Source: an archaeon
GTDB lineage: Archaea > Iainarchaeota > Iainarchaeia > Iainarchaeales > CSSED10-239
NCBI GenBank assembly: GCA_035357435.1
Contig: DAOPNM010000026.1
Span: 1-7,086 of the forward strand
DNA: 7,086 nt
Direction of reading: 5' to 3'
Part shown: piece by piece, positions 6,108 to 7,086 of the stretch
Numbering within the stretch: position 1 is the stretch's first letter
Layout: the number at the start of each line of letters is the position of its first letter
The notes under the pieces: generated by a model
Told to the model about the DNA's origin: nothing
What the model saw: only the letters and a program-made list of their open reading frames with translations
The model's database searches: none
Translations under genes and position numbers: made by a program

Positions 6108-6484
6108 TAACTATACACTCCTATTTCTAAATAAACCTCTTTTCCAAAACTATTAACATATGTTATATTTTGACTAATTAACTTTTTATAACTATTACTT
6201 TTAGAAAAATGTAAATATCTTTGAGAACTATTTATTTTTATGTAACCTGGAACATTAGGTAATAACTTATTATAATTGTCTTCCAATTGAGACAAATAAT
6301 CAATCTCTAAAAACTGGGAAGTAATTAATAAATCTGAAATTTTTTGAGAAACATATAAATTAGTTAACTCTTCAATTTCATTTGTGGTTACAGAAAAAAA
6401 TAGAAGAAACAAAATAGAAATAATAATTAATGCAAAAATTGAATCTAGAGAAAAAACAATACCTTTATTATTCACAAAAATCAA
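6107..6484 (-). CDS. Small membrane-anchored protein with type IV pilin-like (class III) signal peptide; hypothetical (P3)
   Basis: The N-terminus ..NNKG|IVFSLDSIFALIIISILFLLFF has Lys-Gly immediately before a hydrophobic helix of about 20 residues. A soluble domain with beta-like alternation follows. There is no ATG start: TTG at 6484 or, more likely, GTG at 6475 (GAGGT 8 nt upstream), giving MNNKGIVF... Confidence 0.5.
   Translation of the reverse strand: MIFVNNKGIVFSLDSIFALIIISILFLLFFSVTTNEIEELTNLYVSQKISDLLITSQFLEIDYLSQLEDNYNKLLPNVPGYIKINSSQRYLHFSKSNSYKKLISQNITYVNSFGKEVYLEIGVYS
6116..6122 (-). promoter_or_regulatory. Shine-Dalgarno-like AGGAGTG for dph5, inside the upstream pilin-like gene
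   Basis: AGGAGTG lies 8 nt upstream of the dph5 ATG. The upstream stop and the dph5 start share a base (TAATG). Confidence 0.5.
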
Positions 6485-6875
6485 CCTCTAATACACAAAA
6501 AGAACCATTATAAATAACCCCTCTTGTAAAAGAGGTCTTAATAATTGTACTTTGTGTTTTATAAATAATTTTATTATCTAAAACTAATTTACAAATAGAA
6601 GGATCTAAAAAAACAATTTTATCTAAACTACTTAATTGAATATTATTTTTATAACAAACCTTTGAAATGAAATCATATTTTGCTAAAAAATTACAATCTG
6701 AGATCAATTGATCAACAACTAGATTTTTTTCCAAAAAATAAAGAGATAATTCTGAAGAAACAATTTGGGTGTTATAATCAAAAACATATGCTTGTTCAAC
6801 TTCTATAACTAAAAAAACAAGAACTAATGTAATCAAAATATCAAAAACCATAATTTGTGCTTTTTCTGATTTCAT
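6468..6875 (-). CDS. Small membrane-anchored protein with type IV pilin-like (class III) signal peptide; Cys-containing; hypothetical (P2)
   Basis: MKSEKA|QIMVFDILITLVLVFLVI has Lys at -2, Ala at -1, Gln at +1 and Asp at +6, the same register as P3. The post-helix segment ELSLYFLEKNLVVDQLISDCNFL resembles ELTNLYVSQKISDLLITSQFL of P3. It has five Cys and an ATGA overlap with the upstream gene. Confidence 0.5.
   Translation of the reverse strand: MKSEKAQIMVFDILITLVLVFLVIEVEQAYVFDYNTQIVSSELSLYFLEKNLVVDQLISDCNFLAKYDFISKVCYKNNIQLSSLDKIVFLDPSICKLVLDNKIIYKTQSTIIKTSFTRGVIYNGSFCVLEVDFCE
6484..6488 (-). promoter_or_regulatory. Shine-Dalgarno-like GAGGT positioned for the GTG start (6475) of P3
   Basis: The 8-nt spacing to GTG equals the spacing seen at three other internal genes here. 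It abuts the TTG, which argues against TTG as the start. Confidence 0.4.
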
Positions 6876-7086
6876 GGTGTGCTCTCCTCACTTGTGTTTA
6901 TATTACTTTTAAAATAATAACCTTTACAAACATCATTTATGAAAAAACCATTTGAAAATTGTAACTTATTATATTTTAAAGAACATAATTTGATATTAAA
7001 ATCATTATAATTAATATCTGTATCCAACTTCTCTTTAAAAAACAAATTAACACTAACAAACAATGAAACAATAATCAACAACAAAA
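6872..7086 (-). CDS. Small hypothetical protein, N-terminus off-window; the visible start is the tail of a hydrophobic helix (P1, probable third pilin-like gene)
   Basis: The frame is open to the window edge, so the TTG at 7084 in the ORF track is probably internal. It reads ..LLIIVSLFVSVNLFF followed by a polar Asn/Lys-rich domain with two Cys. TGA stop overlaps the P2 start (ATGA). Confidence 0.4.
   Translation of the reverse strand, partial: LLLIIVSLFVSVNLFFKEKLDTDINYNDFNIKLCSLKYNKLQFSNGFFINDVCKGYYFKSNINTSEESTP
6884..6889 (-). promoter_or_regulatory. Shine-Dalgarno GAGGAG for P2, inside the upstream gene
   Basis: GAGGAG lies 8 nt upstream of the ATG at 6875. Confidence 0.55.

Noticed and set aside
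1-7086. CRISPR arrays, IS elements or inverted repeats, integrase genes, and recoded stop codons
   Set aside because: No regularly spaced repeats, terminal inverted repeats or transposase/integrase-like ORFs were seen. All confident genes read through with the standard code and end at TAA/TAG/TGA without in-frame stops.

Overview
Very AT-rich, tightly packed archaeal sequence; the gene content and overlapping genes suggest a small-genome, DPANN-like lineage (inference). Coding strands are strongly A-rich. Ten protein genes can be read, and most are housekeeping with a translation theme. On the + strand: the 3' part of a Cdc48/VCP AAA+ ATPase, then later a HemK-related/Mtq2-like NPPY methyltransferase overlapping a DRG-family GTPase with a TGS domain. 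On the - strand: an M50 site-2-type metalloprotease, a TatD-family hydrolase, and a run of six genes. That run is three small pilin-like membrane-anchored proteins, diphthine synthase, a DUF357-like protein and tRNA-splicing endonuclease EndA. No rRNA, tRNA, CRISPR array or mobile element is visible. Four things deserve a second look. (1) The three overlapping small genes at 6107-7086 look like paralogous type IV pilin-like proteins and are translationally coupled to dph5. (2) The DRG-type GTPase keeps G1/G2 and TGS but has lost the canonical G3, G4 and G5 motifs. (3) The only sizeable non-coding gap (1852-2131) carries an in-frame 13-nt exact repeat ending in ATG and a promoter-proximal 36-codon ORF. 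(4) Signals are packed very tightly: an 11-bp divergent gap, stop codons sharing a TTATAA palindrome, and Shine-Dalgarno (SD) motifs only on operon-internal genes. All family calls come from motif reading by eye; no searches were run.
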